The notes beneath the pieces were generated by a model that did not search any database, was not told where the DNA came from, and saw nothing but the letters and a program-made list of their open reading frames with translations. Positions 22,062 through 32,835 of a stretch of DNA of 49,239 nucleotides are shown one piece after another. Made by a program: the position numbers and the translations under genes. Position 1 is the stretch's first letter; each line of letters opens with the position of its first letter. The stretch comes from Klebsormidium nitens (lineage: Eukaryota > Plantae > Klebsormidiophyceae): the NCBI GenBank assembly GCA_000708835.1, contig DF237579.1:1-49239 (forward strand), in the 5' to 3' direction.

Positions 22062-25000
22062 ATGGCGGCCACGTTGTCTGCACACCCTCTCGCTAAGGTG
22101 CCTGCATTGGGGACTGGGGAGAAAGTGTTGAAACTTCGGCACAGGTTGAGCAGTGCTCCAGCTCAGCATTGCGCTTCCAGGGATTCGCATGGCCTGCATT
22201 GCTACACAAGCACACAATGTGGAGGCAGGCCTCCGAAGCGGCTCCTTCGATGCAGCAATGAACAAAGAGCCATGCAGGCGTGTAGGAAGGAAGACAACGA
22301 TGCTGCTCCCATAAAATTTGACTGGAAACCAATGCTGGCCCTTTCAGTCAGTACAGCTCTGTGTGTTTCATTGCAGTGCGTTGGAGCCAGCACGGTTGCT
22401 GCCGAGACTCAAGGGATTGTACATACTAGGCTGGAGGATTCCACATGCAGTGCTTTCAGCAGCCTCCCATCTCAATCATCTGAGTGCGGGGACTACAAGA
22501 AGGTGCCACATTTTGTAACAAATGCAGCTGCCTCCACTCATAACTCAGCCCCTCCAGCACTTTCAGACCTTCCTACAGCAGTAGCAACAAGCAGCCAGTT
22601 TAGCTCAGCAAGTGTACAGGCAACCAGGGACTCACAGACTAGACTGAGCAGCTCTCTTAGTGACAGGGGGGTTGCGAGTGACCCCGTAGAATTGAAGGCT
22701 GTAGCGGCCGTTGCAGGCGCCTCAGTTGCGGTCACAAGGAGCGCTGCGGGAGTAGCAACAGCAGGCGCAGTGTCCAAGGGCATCTCCAGTACTGCTGCCT
22801 TGGTCCCACGAAAGGCCCTTGCTACAGCACTCATTAAAGCAATGCGCCACTTTGTTGGGGGGGGCATTGCTGGAGCAGTTGGGGCAACATTAGTCTGTCC
22901 CATAGGTGAGCGTGGACAGTAAACTGAAAAAGTTAAGAGACTCCTGAGACACATTCCACGGCTTTGGCTCGGTCGTTCAGCCTATTAGTGCCAATGGGTC
23001 AGAGGCATGCAAGCAGCAAACATATGATGCCGTTTGATGCACTTCCTTCCTTAAGCAGAAGGACAAGCTGCAGCGGACTCTGATTAGCACCCTAGTAATG
23101 GGCTCTGGAAACTTAAGGCAGTTAATGGCAGCGGGTGTTTGCATCCTCTGCCATATTCAAGGTCTCAAGTCGAGATTGTCACTTGCTGCCCTGACCAGAC
23201 ACCGAAGCCCTGAATGTTAAAGTGGTCGCGCTTGCTTGCAGATATTGTGAAGACGAGACTACAGGGCCAGGAGACCAAGAAGGGTGAAAAGAAGCAATAT
23301 GCCAACTCTGCGGACTGCTTCCTGCAGATCCTCACCAAGGAGGGGCCAGGCGCATTCTTCTCCGGCCTGCTCCCTCAGGTGAGAAGTTCAGCTGACCAGA
23401 GGGGTTAAGCTGCGTCATGCGATGTCACAACCTGCAAACGAAAGATCTCGTCCCACAAAACAGAAATCCCTTGGACGTTGATCAAGTTGTGCACTGGGTT
23501 TTTGGAGATTTCTGGAGCTGTTATGTCACAGGATGGAGGATTTGATACAGCTGCCAAGCTCAACGTCTCATCTTGACAGAGCAAGCATAGAGAATGCTCA
23601 TTGCCAGTCACTTCTCTGGCACAAGTCGGATATAGAACGTGCTCAAGCAAACATGCTTTCCTCTTGTTCTTCTTCTCAGGTCATTGGCGTGGCTCCAGAG
23701 AAGGCTATCAAGCTGACGGTCAACGATCTGCTTATGGGCGTACTTGAGAGCTATGTCCCTGGCATGCGCCCCTGGATCCTGGAACCGATTGCGGGGAGCG
23801 GAGGAGGCATGGCCCAAGTCCTCTTCACGAACCCGGTAAGGAAAGCTGGCGAGCGCTTCGCCTCCGCAGCGTAGCGAACTTCAAACTTGCTCTTGAATGG
23901 AATGCTGATTTGCGAACATGCACTCCAAATCCTGTCAACAGCGTGCATTTATTGACACAGCCGTCAGTCAAGTTGTTTTCTTTACTGAGGCTTCGCTGGG
24001 TATGATGCTCGAGTATTGTAATCCCTCCCGCTCAGAACTTCAAAAACAGATTCTTCTCTTACTTTACTAGGATTGTTTTGCGAGCGCGTACCGTCAGTCA
24101 GGAGTTCGTGAATGAATTCTGTGGTTGTTCTCTAGGTATTTTGAGAGATTGGAAGGCTACTTCACGTTCTTTAGGAGGCTAAGTAAATTGCAGAGTGAGA
24201 GTCATTCTGCTGCACAGACCAGCCAGGAATAGGACCTTTCACCTGACGTCAGTTTTTCCTGTCAAAGCCTTTGAAAGCCACCCGGCTTGCTCGCTCTCAC
24301 TAACGTCACATCCCGCGACCCTGACGTCAGCTTCCCAACCCCTTTTTGCAGATGGAGATGGTCAAGATCCGGCAGCAGATGCGGCGCGGCGGCGCCCCGA
24401 AGTCCGCGCTCGCCGTCGTGCGGGAACTAGGAGTGGCGGGCCTCTACCGTGGAAGCGCCGCCACGCTTTTGCGGGACATCCCTTATTCGGCGATGTTCTT
24501 CGGCATCTACGTCTACTTGAAGCAGGCCTTTCCGGAGCAGCCGTTTGTGGCGGCAGGCCTTGCGGCAGTGCCGGCAGCGTTCCTGTGTACTCCAATGGAC
24601 GTGGTGAAAACGCGCATCCAGGTAAGATGAAGGGCCAGGAACTAATGACACAGCAGATCTGACGTTTTTCAGCTTTTACGTATCGGCGCACTCGGTCCTT
24701 GCTTTCAGAGTCGTTGTTTTCTTCTTAGAAAGATCATAAGAAATATGAACGAGGGGCGGCCATTTTGTACGACAGATACCGGCTTCTGAGTATCGAATTT
24801 CATGCCAAGCTTCGCTATTTAATGTCGCTCTTGTCGAATTTAGAAGATCGAGCTTGTGTAACAGCCCGCCTCAAAAACGAGTTTAGCTGAAAGCACCAAG
24901 GTTCAAAACTTGAATCAAAATACTGCACCGCGAGCATCCATGTAAAATGGGGCCGTTAGACTCAGACATGACCCTGTTTGGCATTTGGCAACGAGATGAA

Positions 25001-25777
25001 GTAAAAACGTGTTTGGTAGAATACGAAGGTCCCTCCTGACAGTGTATGAAAGCATCACCAGATGTCGGGCCGTGCAACGTGTAATGCACGTCTCTCAGAA
25101 ATTTTCGGCTAAGCGGAGTCTTCTTAACCAGCATTTACTGTGGCTTCTCCTCCCTCCTGACTCCGTTGTCTTTTCTTATCTTCCGACCACCAGTCCGCGA
25201 CTCCGCCGCCCTTCTTCATTGAAAAGGTGGGGCGGCGTTTCCCCGGAAGCCGAAGTTGACAAGTGCTAATTTTCCAGATCAAATGCTGCTGAGGAAAGTG
25301 CTTGCTGAGCTGCGAACTTGTAATGTGTCCAGATGGAACGATCAGAGGGGGAAGAGGATCTGGCCTATTGGGAGACCCTGGCAAAGATCGTCAAAGATGA
25401 GGGGCCGCAAGCGCTTTTCGCGGGTGGGCTGGAGCGGGTGCTTCGAACCAGCCCTCAATTTGGTACGCTCCATCTTCATCTTTTCGCTGTCCGGCCAGTC
25501 ATCCATTAGTTGTCATTTTGTTCGAGTTCGGTCTCTCGATCTGCGCCCGAGGATGCAGGCCTCACAAGGAAGAGTGCTTTTAGGTAACCGTTGTAGAGAG
25601 CGATGCAGGCATATTCTCATGTTGAACTGGAGTGCCAAACCCCCACCAGGTCTTGCAGCCTCAGAACCGCAGGCTGGCAAAAGCGGCCAGCATCAAGTGC
25701 CGCTCTTACAACTAATACTGCAAGCTCTCCCCGCAAGTATAACATTGACAGTGTACGAATTGCTAGACCGCTTCTGA
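22062..25777 (+). CDS. SLC25 mitochondrial-carrier-family protein, aspartate/glutamate carrier (AGC1/aralar/citrin carrier-domain)-like, with a ~260-aa N-terminal extension
   Basis: Exons 22062-22905, 23242-23378, 23680-23835, 24352-24621, 25333-25462 and ~25737-25777. Three PxD/ExxKxR repeats (PIDIVKTR, PMEMVKIR, PMDVVKTR) and AGC-type motifs LLPQVIGVAPEKAIKL, RDIPYS and RVLRTSPQFG. Confidence 0.88.
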
Positions 25778-25997
25778 CACCGGCTTCGACGGATTTTGTA
25801 CCAGTGCTGATACATGAGATGCGTTGGATCTGTAGGACTAGAGAATCCTGTACTAAGCGAGATTTAACGGTAAATGAGGCGTCCAGCTTGTAAATCCGAA
25901 CGCAACCTCGTCTGTGTGTTATGTTGATTTTGCCGCGCGAAAGATGCTATCAAGTAGAGACCGTGCTAGCAGTCAAACTGTAGTCGTTGAGCTTAGT

Positions 25998-26206
25998 GAG
26001 CTTGTTTGTAGATAGCCGAACGTCGAGATCGACAGCGAGGGCGCTTACTACGAAGACTAATAACACTGTGTTTGGGAAGGTAAGAGGTCAGGCTCGGAGC
26101 TGGAAGGTTTGAGCGAGCTTGTTTGGAGACAGCCTGAGGAATCTGTTCAAGAGTGACATCCAGGGCGCTCTTTGCTAGAATTTGAGAAAAACATTGTGTT
26201 TGGGAA
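25998..26206. repeat. Degenerate tandem duplication (~120-bp unit)
   Basis: Two colinear units sharing GAGCTTGTTTG-AGA-AGCC, AGGGCGCT and AACA-TGTGTTTGGGAA. Confidence 0.6.
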
Positions 26207-27253
26207 CAAGCGGCCAGACTCGTAGGAAGTAAGTGTAGGTCTTAGATGTTTTTATTTTTTGGCCAACGGACAAGACCAATAAGGCTGATGTTGCTAGTGA
26301 CCTCAAGTCAGTCAAATAGGCAGTCGAAGTGAAATCATTAAGCCAAGTAAGTCTGATTGTAGACAGCCTGATTCGAGAACCGGTTGAGAGTGTAAGCTAG
26401 GGCGACCTTATATGAGAAGGACATTCTGTCAATTTGCATGTTTGCAATTGAGTTAGGTCAGGCTTGCCAGTAGGAAGTACTTTTACGCTTTGCTTGTTTT
26501 GATTGTTTGCCGGCCCACGCAAGCTGACTAATTGTGATAATTGTTTGAACTCAAGCACTTGAGTCTTCCGTGATCGTTCATGCGAAGGCTTCACGGATTC
26601 ATTTGATCCCTTTGATAAGTGTAGTGACGGCTTGAGGAGGGCTCGAGTACGTCGAGAAAAGAGCTAGCTGTCAACAGCCGCAGCTCATCGTCGTATAGTA
26701 CTAGGAGAAAGCTTGAGAAAGTGATTTGAATCGTTTTCTTTGTCTCGCTGCGCCAGGCCACAAATGCCATGGCATGCCATGCCATGCGTGGGATCTAGGC
26801 GGGTAGCTGACCGGCGCGCCGGGCCGCACTATGGGCACGCATACGCACGTAGGCCTGTACAACAGACGTCGATCATGCAATGGACGCGATATGCGCATGC
26901 GATTCGACGAGCGCGGCGGCCGGGCCCGCGGCTGTACCGGTCGCGTCTGTAATTCGCTCGCGGCCGGCAGCGCCAGGGTTTGGACCGGCCCAGTGATTCA
27001 AGTTCAATTTAGGGTTTGCCCCCAATGCCATGGCGGCATGCCTGCACGTTCAATGCGGCTCATGGACGGCTCATGCAGGTTAAGCTTGGAGTTTTTCATT
27101 CAATCAATTGCCTAATTGGCATTCTCTTGATCATTCTTGTCATCATACTCCTCCCGTGTACTTCGCAACTCACGTTCCTACAAGGCAAAACGCTGTTGGA
27201 AGGAGTTGGTTGGCTGGCAACTACTAATACAGGAGTGGTGCTTCGGGACCAGA

Positions 27254-30200
27254 ATGGCGGAGCCCATTCTCACCAGACCCGCATGGGTGCAGATACAGGA
27301 GAACAGGTGAGACCCAGACATGCTTTCCTTTTGTGCCGCATCAAAATTCTCTGCAAGAGGTGACGCATTCCGTCCTTATGATTTCGAGGTTCTAGCCTAC
27401 TGTTGCCTCCTTCGTTTGCAATCTTATTGTAAAGCTGTGGGCTTTAAGATGGGGGTAGATTAAGAACCTTGGATACGTTTGCTTTTGTCTCCTTTGAGGT
27501 AAGCCTCTCCTTCCAATGGAGTGGAGAAGCTCAATCAGAGACGCAAGAAGCAACAACGACTCAAGGCTGGAGACTCAGTTATTCGGCCAAAACAGAACTC
27601 ACACGAAGCTTCACTGCTTAATAGAAGAGCAGCTGTTGCAAGTTGATCCCCCCATTTACCTAATATTTTCCAAAGCTTCAGTCAAGCTGCCCGTGGACAT
27701 AAAGATCTATAATAGATCTCCCCCTTCTTCCACAGCCAGTTCCTCAAAGACCGGCACCCCTACATCGCTCCCCCCTTCTCAAAAGAGGTCGACCCCCAAG
27801 AGGTCGCCATAGCTTATGGCAGGAGACAAGTAGACAAGCTCGTGGGGGTCTTGAAGCTGGGGGACGAGCTCCCCCCTGAACAGTGCAAGCAAGCACTGCA
27901 GGCACTTTTTGACTGCATCAGCAGCCAGGTGGGGGACACTGCGACTTTGAGCTGAGCACTGACTCCACTGGGGTTAGGTTAAAATTGGCATGCTTGACTA
28001 GTCAACTCGATCAGCAGTCAGAGTGCGGAGGACTGATGCTTGAGTCTAATTCTCTGTATTGTGTTGCAGGAGTCCCGAGCTCTGGCTATCAAGTCTGGTG
28101 TGCTCCCTCACCTGCTATCACGAACAACCGACCAGGACAGGGTCATTAGACGCTTGGCCTGCATATTAGTAGCTCGCTTTATTACCATCCAGAGCGGAAG
28201 GGAGGCGTTTGCGAGGGACGACGGCCTGCCGAACATTCTGGCTGGTTTGCAGGATCCGATTCGCGAGGTTAGTTGAGCTAAGAGGAGCGTGGCTTACTTT
28301 TGAAACTGAAGAGCACTTTCGTGTCACTTGGTGTGTTTGAAGCCTCGTTCTGATAAGCTTCTCCTCGACACTCTTGTTGGAGTGTTTGAAACTGGTTGCC
28401 ATGAAAAACAGGGTCCTAGGAGGCGGCAACTCACTGATAAGTAGTTCGGATCCGATCCTGCTTATCATTCTGAACCTTTTGTGGTCACGTATGCTGGGCT
28501 ACGCCTCAATTTCCTGCACTTTGCACACGTTTGCTGGTCAATTGTTTCCCAGCTCAAAACGTGCGCCTCAAGTCGGGACCATGGCTTCGTTTCACTCGCG
28601 AGACTGCGTTCAACGGCTATCTTTTGGCCCGTTGCCTTGGTCCTTTGCTGTGCTCAGCATCACGTTGACCCGGAACTTCGTCCTTCTTTCCGCAGGTTAA
28701 CCATGCCTCAGCCGAGTGCCTACACAACTTGAGCAACTCCCCAGACGGATCTGTCTTTCTGCGTACGAATTCGGACACCGCTGTCCCGGCCGTCGTACAG
28801 CACGTGCAGCGGTGCAGAGCCGACGGATCGAGTGCTGCAGTAAGTAGACTGCTTTCGACCTAAAGTTGTTGCCAGATTTGCCATCAACCAACGGTTTCTC
28901 TTCAAAACATTTCCTGACTCGCGTCGGTCTACGGTCAGTTAAGTGATTATAAGAGGAGAACTCCGAAATACGAGGGAACAGAGCGTCGTTCGTTAACCTG
29001 TCTGTCCGGAGTCGCCTTCTTTTCAGGACTTCTGTCGAGAGCTTTGCTCGCAGGACCGACGTCTGTACTATGCAGAGGTGCATTGTGGCAGGCGACTGCG
29101 GAACTTATGTCGATTTGGACCGAAAATCTTAAGCTGTCGACGCTTTTTCGTATTCAACTTGTCTGCACGCACAATCTCAAACCGCCGCTTGTTTATATAG
29201 AGATTGCTGTGCGCTTCGATAAAGATGAGCCTTCAGAATTGCTTGAGATCACTTTCGACCCGTCAAGCTGATCGAACGACAGCTAGCGCTTACCCTTAGG
29301 CGTCGGAGTCACGGTACCAATCTCGTTGCGACCCTAGAACGCTCTCGGTGTACTACTCCCCTTACAAGTAAGGGGCGTACTCAGCTTTACCTCGACCAAA
29401 AAACTCTTTGCAGACGCGATCTGAATGGATCCAGACCACAACATGTGGCTGCGTACAATGGAGGCGTGGCGCATGAGAGGGGCATGCGGCGACCATACAA
29501 GCTTGTATGGTCGCCGCTTCGCACACACTTTCTCGCATCGACATCGAAGCTGATAGTAGCGCCTCGAGGACCCCGCAGCAGTCCCCTGTTCACTCGGCGA
29601 AAACCACCCTTTTCAAAACTGTCCCTGACATCGGTTTCTTTTTTGCAGGGGATGGTTAGCATTGAAACCCTGGTCAACCTTACACGAGTCGGCAGTGGGG
29701 TCGAAGCAGTGTTGCAAGCGAACGGCGTAAGCAGTCGCATCAAGTCTTCCGTGCCAATTCCGGCCTTCTCAACTCCTGCCTGCTTATCTAGCGCCTACAA
29801 AAGGAGCTTCATCTAGAATCTGTTCTGTTTCTGGACGAAGCCCTTCGGTGCCTCCGTGGTTAAAGTGCGCCGAGCAAATGCCCAGTTTCTCAACGTCTAC
29901 CTAGACTTTCCCAGTCTCTCGGTCGCTTCTGCGGTTTCTCATTGCGTACAAGCAGGCAGACGTGCTGCTTTGAAGCACAGCGCCTCGGACGGTAGTTCCC
30001 TACGCGCATGTCCCTCTGCCCTTCCAAAGCTTACCAGCATCCTCCATCCCTTATGGCTCATCGCTTATCGCCGTCCGATCGAGTAAGACCTGCTGCTGCT
30101 TTGCTCCCGGACGGACGGTCCGACGGCGCTCATCGACACGCATGTCCGCACCTTACCTGATGCAATAACTGCTTACCGGCATCCTCCATCGCTTATCGCC

Positions 30201-32038
30201 CTCTTATCGCTTATGTGCAGGCGGACGTTCTGCTGCACTGCATACGGACGGACGGTCCGGACGGCGCTCACCTAGAGGCGTCCGCGCGGGCCGTGTCGCA
30301 GATCTGCCAACATCCGCTGGGAAAGAAGAAGGTGCGCAAACCCGTCGATTGCGTGGCTGACGTCACCAGGAACCGGAGAAGAACAATGCATCGGTAGAAG
30401 CCGGACGTTACGCGGGATTCTCGATAGGCGATGGCAAAGCAAATCCGAATGTTTCTTGCAAGGCAAGATTGGAGTACGTTACTTGAAGGCGTTGAAAAGA
30501 GTTCAGTCTCGTTGAAAAGAGGCTGACCCGCTGAAATGAAACCTGGCTTATTGGACCGTTGGAAAAAGGCATAATCTTTTTGAAGTGTGGGTTCAGATTC
30601 TGCTGGCCCCTTGTGAGCCTACAGGAAGACCAGTCTTAAACCGGAGGCAGTTCTTTTCAGCGCTGAGGTTGTCCGTCCCCAAAGACATGATACGTGCGCT
30701 CACCGCGTAAGAGACAGTAGGATACATACCAATTACAGAAGACCTGCTGACGATGTCCGAGACTCTACGAGCTTCTAAGTATGATTCCGGGTTTAGAGGT
30801 TTCGGGAAACGCATCGCGGCCGCCCCTTCGCAGGTTCTCCAGTTGGACGGCCTCCCCGCCATCACGGCGCTGCTGGGCGACGCGATGCGCGGCCGCGGCG
30901 CGGTGCAGCAGTTGGCGACCGCGGCACTCATGGGGCTCACTCTGGACGAGGCCGCCAAGGTCGCCATCGTCGAGACCGCCGGGAAGCGCCTCGCGGAGCT
31001 CGTCAGCTGCGCGGTGAGTTTGGGGTTGTGGGGTTTGGTGGATGAAGGTTTGGAGGATGGGTTTGGAGGTTCCGCGGTTTTGAGTTCGAGGGCTCCGGTC
31101 TCAGGAACCTTTTGTGGCCTGGGTTTTGGCGGTCGTTGAGGGAGGCTAACGAGCTGTGGCAGCTTGACGGTTAGATAGCTCATTTCCATGGTCACTGAGG
31201 GCCATATTGACTAAAGAAAGTGCCCGGAGGACGGGCAGGGTTGGTCCGGGGGTTAGGGTGGGTGCGGGTGCGGAGCATGTTCAAACTCGGGTTTAGGTTT
31301 TTGTTTTTGTCTTGGTCCCCAAGCACTGTTCCTGGTCAACATGCTCTTATCAACATGAATCGAGAAGTATGGCCGTTAGGGGTAAATAGGTCTAAGCGTC
31401 GGGGGCTTTTTCAGGTTACGGGCATCCAGGGCGCTCGTGGTTGAGGTCATGGAAGGGAAGTTGCGCCCGTGGCGGCTATTCGGGATTCGGATCCGACGAA
31501 CGAATTAGTAGATTTTCCTTTGCATGTACCGTCAAAAGAGAATGTGACGGAGTCTCGTTACTGTTGGGTTACACTTGTAAGCCCGAGAGTCCGTTTGACC
31601 ATTCACCATTGGTTGCAGGGATCTACATCTAGCCTGGGGTGAAAAATGATCGTATGATGCTTTCGCAGTCACGCTGAGTGTGGACGAGAAGGCTCGCTAT
31701 TGCCGAGGGCAGCGCTAATGATGAGTTTTACACGCGTATTGCATTCATTTGAGCTGGCCTCTGTTCCGTCGTGTCCGAGGAGACGAGCTTGTTTCGCCGC
31801 TTGAAGTCGATCCTTCAAGCTGGTAATGAGAGTCGTTTCTTGAACACAAGTCAATATAGTTGTGCTTCTTTTCGAGGATTTTTTTTTGGCTCATCACTCT
31901 TTATTCCATCTGCAGGACCAGGCAGTTTCTCAGAACGCCTTGTACACGCTCCAAAGCGCAGCTGAGCATCCCACAGCGAAAGAGATTCTGCAAGTGAGGC
32001 TGGATCCTGCCACCAGGTTACGGGTTCTCGGCTTCTGA
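27254..32038 (+). CDS. RSP14: Radial spoke protein 14 (RSP14/RSPH14), armadillo-repeat flagellar protein, 8 exons
   Basis: Exons 27254-27306, 27736-27928, 28070-28267, 28696-28839, 29649-29726, 30221-30331, 30834-31013, 31916-32038, all phase-consistent. The spliced protein has PYI...EVAIAYGRRQVDKLV, SQICQHPLGK, ATAALMGLTLDEAAKVAI and AAEH, resembling RSP14 as I recall it. Start and stop exons are less certain. Confidence 0.8.
29950..30148 (+). repeat. Two degenerate intronic copies of the acceptor region and start of RSP14 exon 6
   Basis: CAG|GCAGACGTGCTGCT (29953-29969) versus CAG|GCGGACGTTCTGCT (30218-30234). GCTTACCAGCATCCTCCATC (30029) versus GCTTACCGGCATCCTCCATC (30171). CGGACGGACGGTCC-GACGGCGCTCA (30108) versus CGGACGGACGGTCCGGACGGCGCTCA (30245). 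Confidence 0.8.
31251..31302 (-). repeat. Dispersed short repeat, copy 2 (in the last RSP14 intron)
   Basis: GGTTAGGGTGGGTGCGGGTGCGGAGCA...TTAGGTTTTT is the reverse complement of the 21577-21627 element. Confidence 0.7.
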
Positions 32039-32835
32039 TCCTAACGTCGCGGTGTTTTCGGGCACAGGATCGCACGCTTGACGTTCAAGTTTACAGTATC
32101 CAGATCAGGCTGCTTATGTACCACTAAAGCAGATCGTTTGAGATCGTGCACACTCGTCTTTAAAAGTGAGATCAACAGTGGCGACCTGCGGCGCACATTG
32201 TATGTTTGAATTATCTAGCTCAGCCAGCAGCTCCGTCACACATGAAAAGGCAAGGATGGCGGTCGCGTAAGGCCCAGCCACTTGCATGATAGTTCGCTCA
32301 GCCGTTTCACACTTCAGGATCATTGGATGTTCGTAGTAGTGCGTCCGAGTTCAACAGAGTTTTATACCTGAATATATCGATCTGTGATTGAGCGCATATC
32401 AGTGCGTTTCATCCGTCAGTGTCACAACGGCGCCGCACAGTTTTCCGATGGAGTCGAGTCTAGCTACTGTAGCATCATCATGCGGTTGGACGGACGGTTG
32501 CGCGGTCCAGCACTTGGCCAGCGCGCCGGCATGCTCTCAATCATTGTCAGAGATGCCAGGTGAGTTGAAATTTGAGATTAGCATGTTGCTGGTCGATAAG
32601 CGGGCTTGCTCCATGCACATGTAGTGGTTATCCCGATGCTCTCTGATATGCAACATGACTTTTGGCGACATCGACAAAAAGTACTTCATCATGTAAGCGC
32701 ATTGTTTAGTAATCAGATGAAGTAAAAGCTACGGGCATGAACATGGAAATGATTGCAGTTCATTCCCTCATGTGCACATGGTGACTCCAACTAAACCAGC
32801 GGCGTTATGCTAGTACTACAGTAGTAACAAAAACA

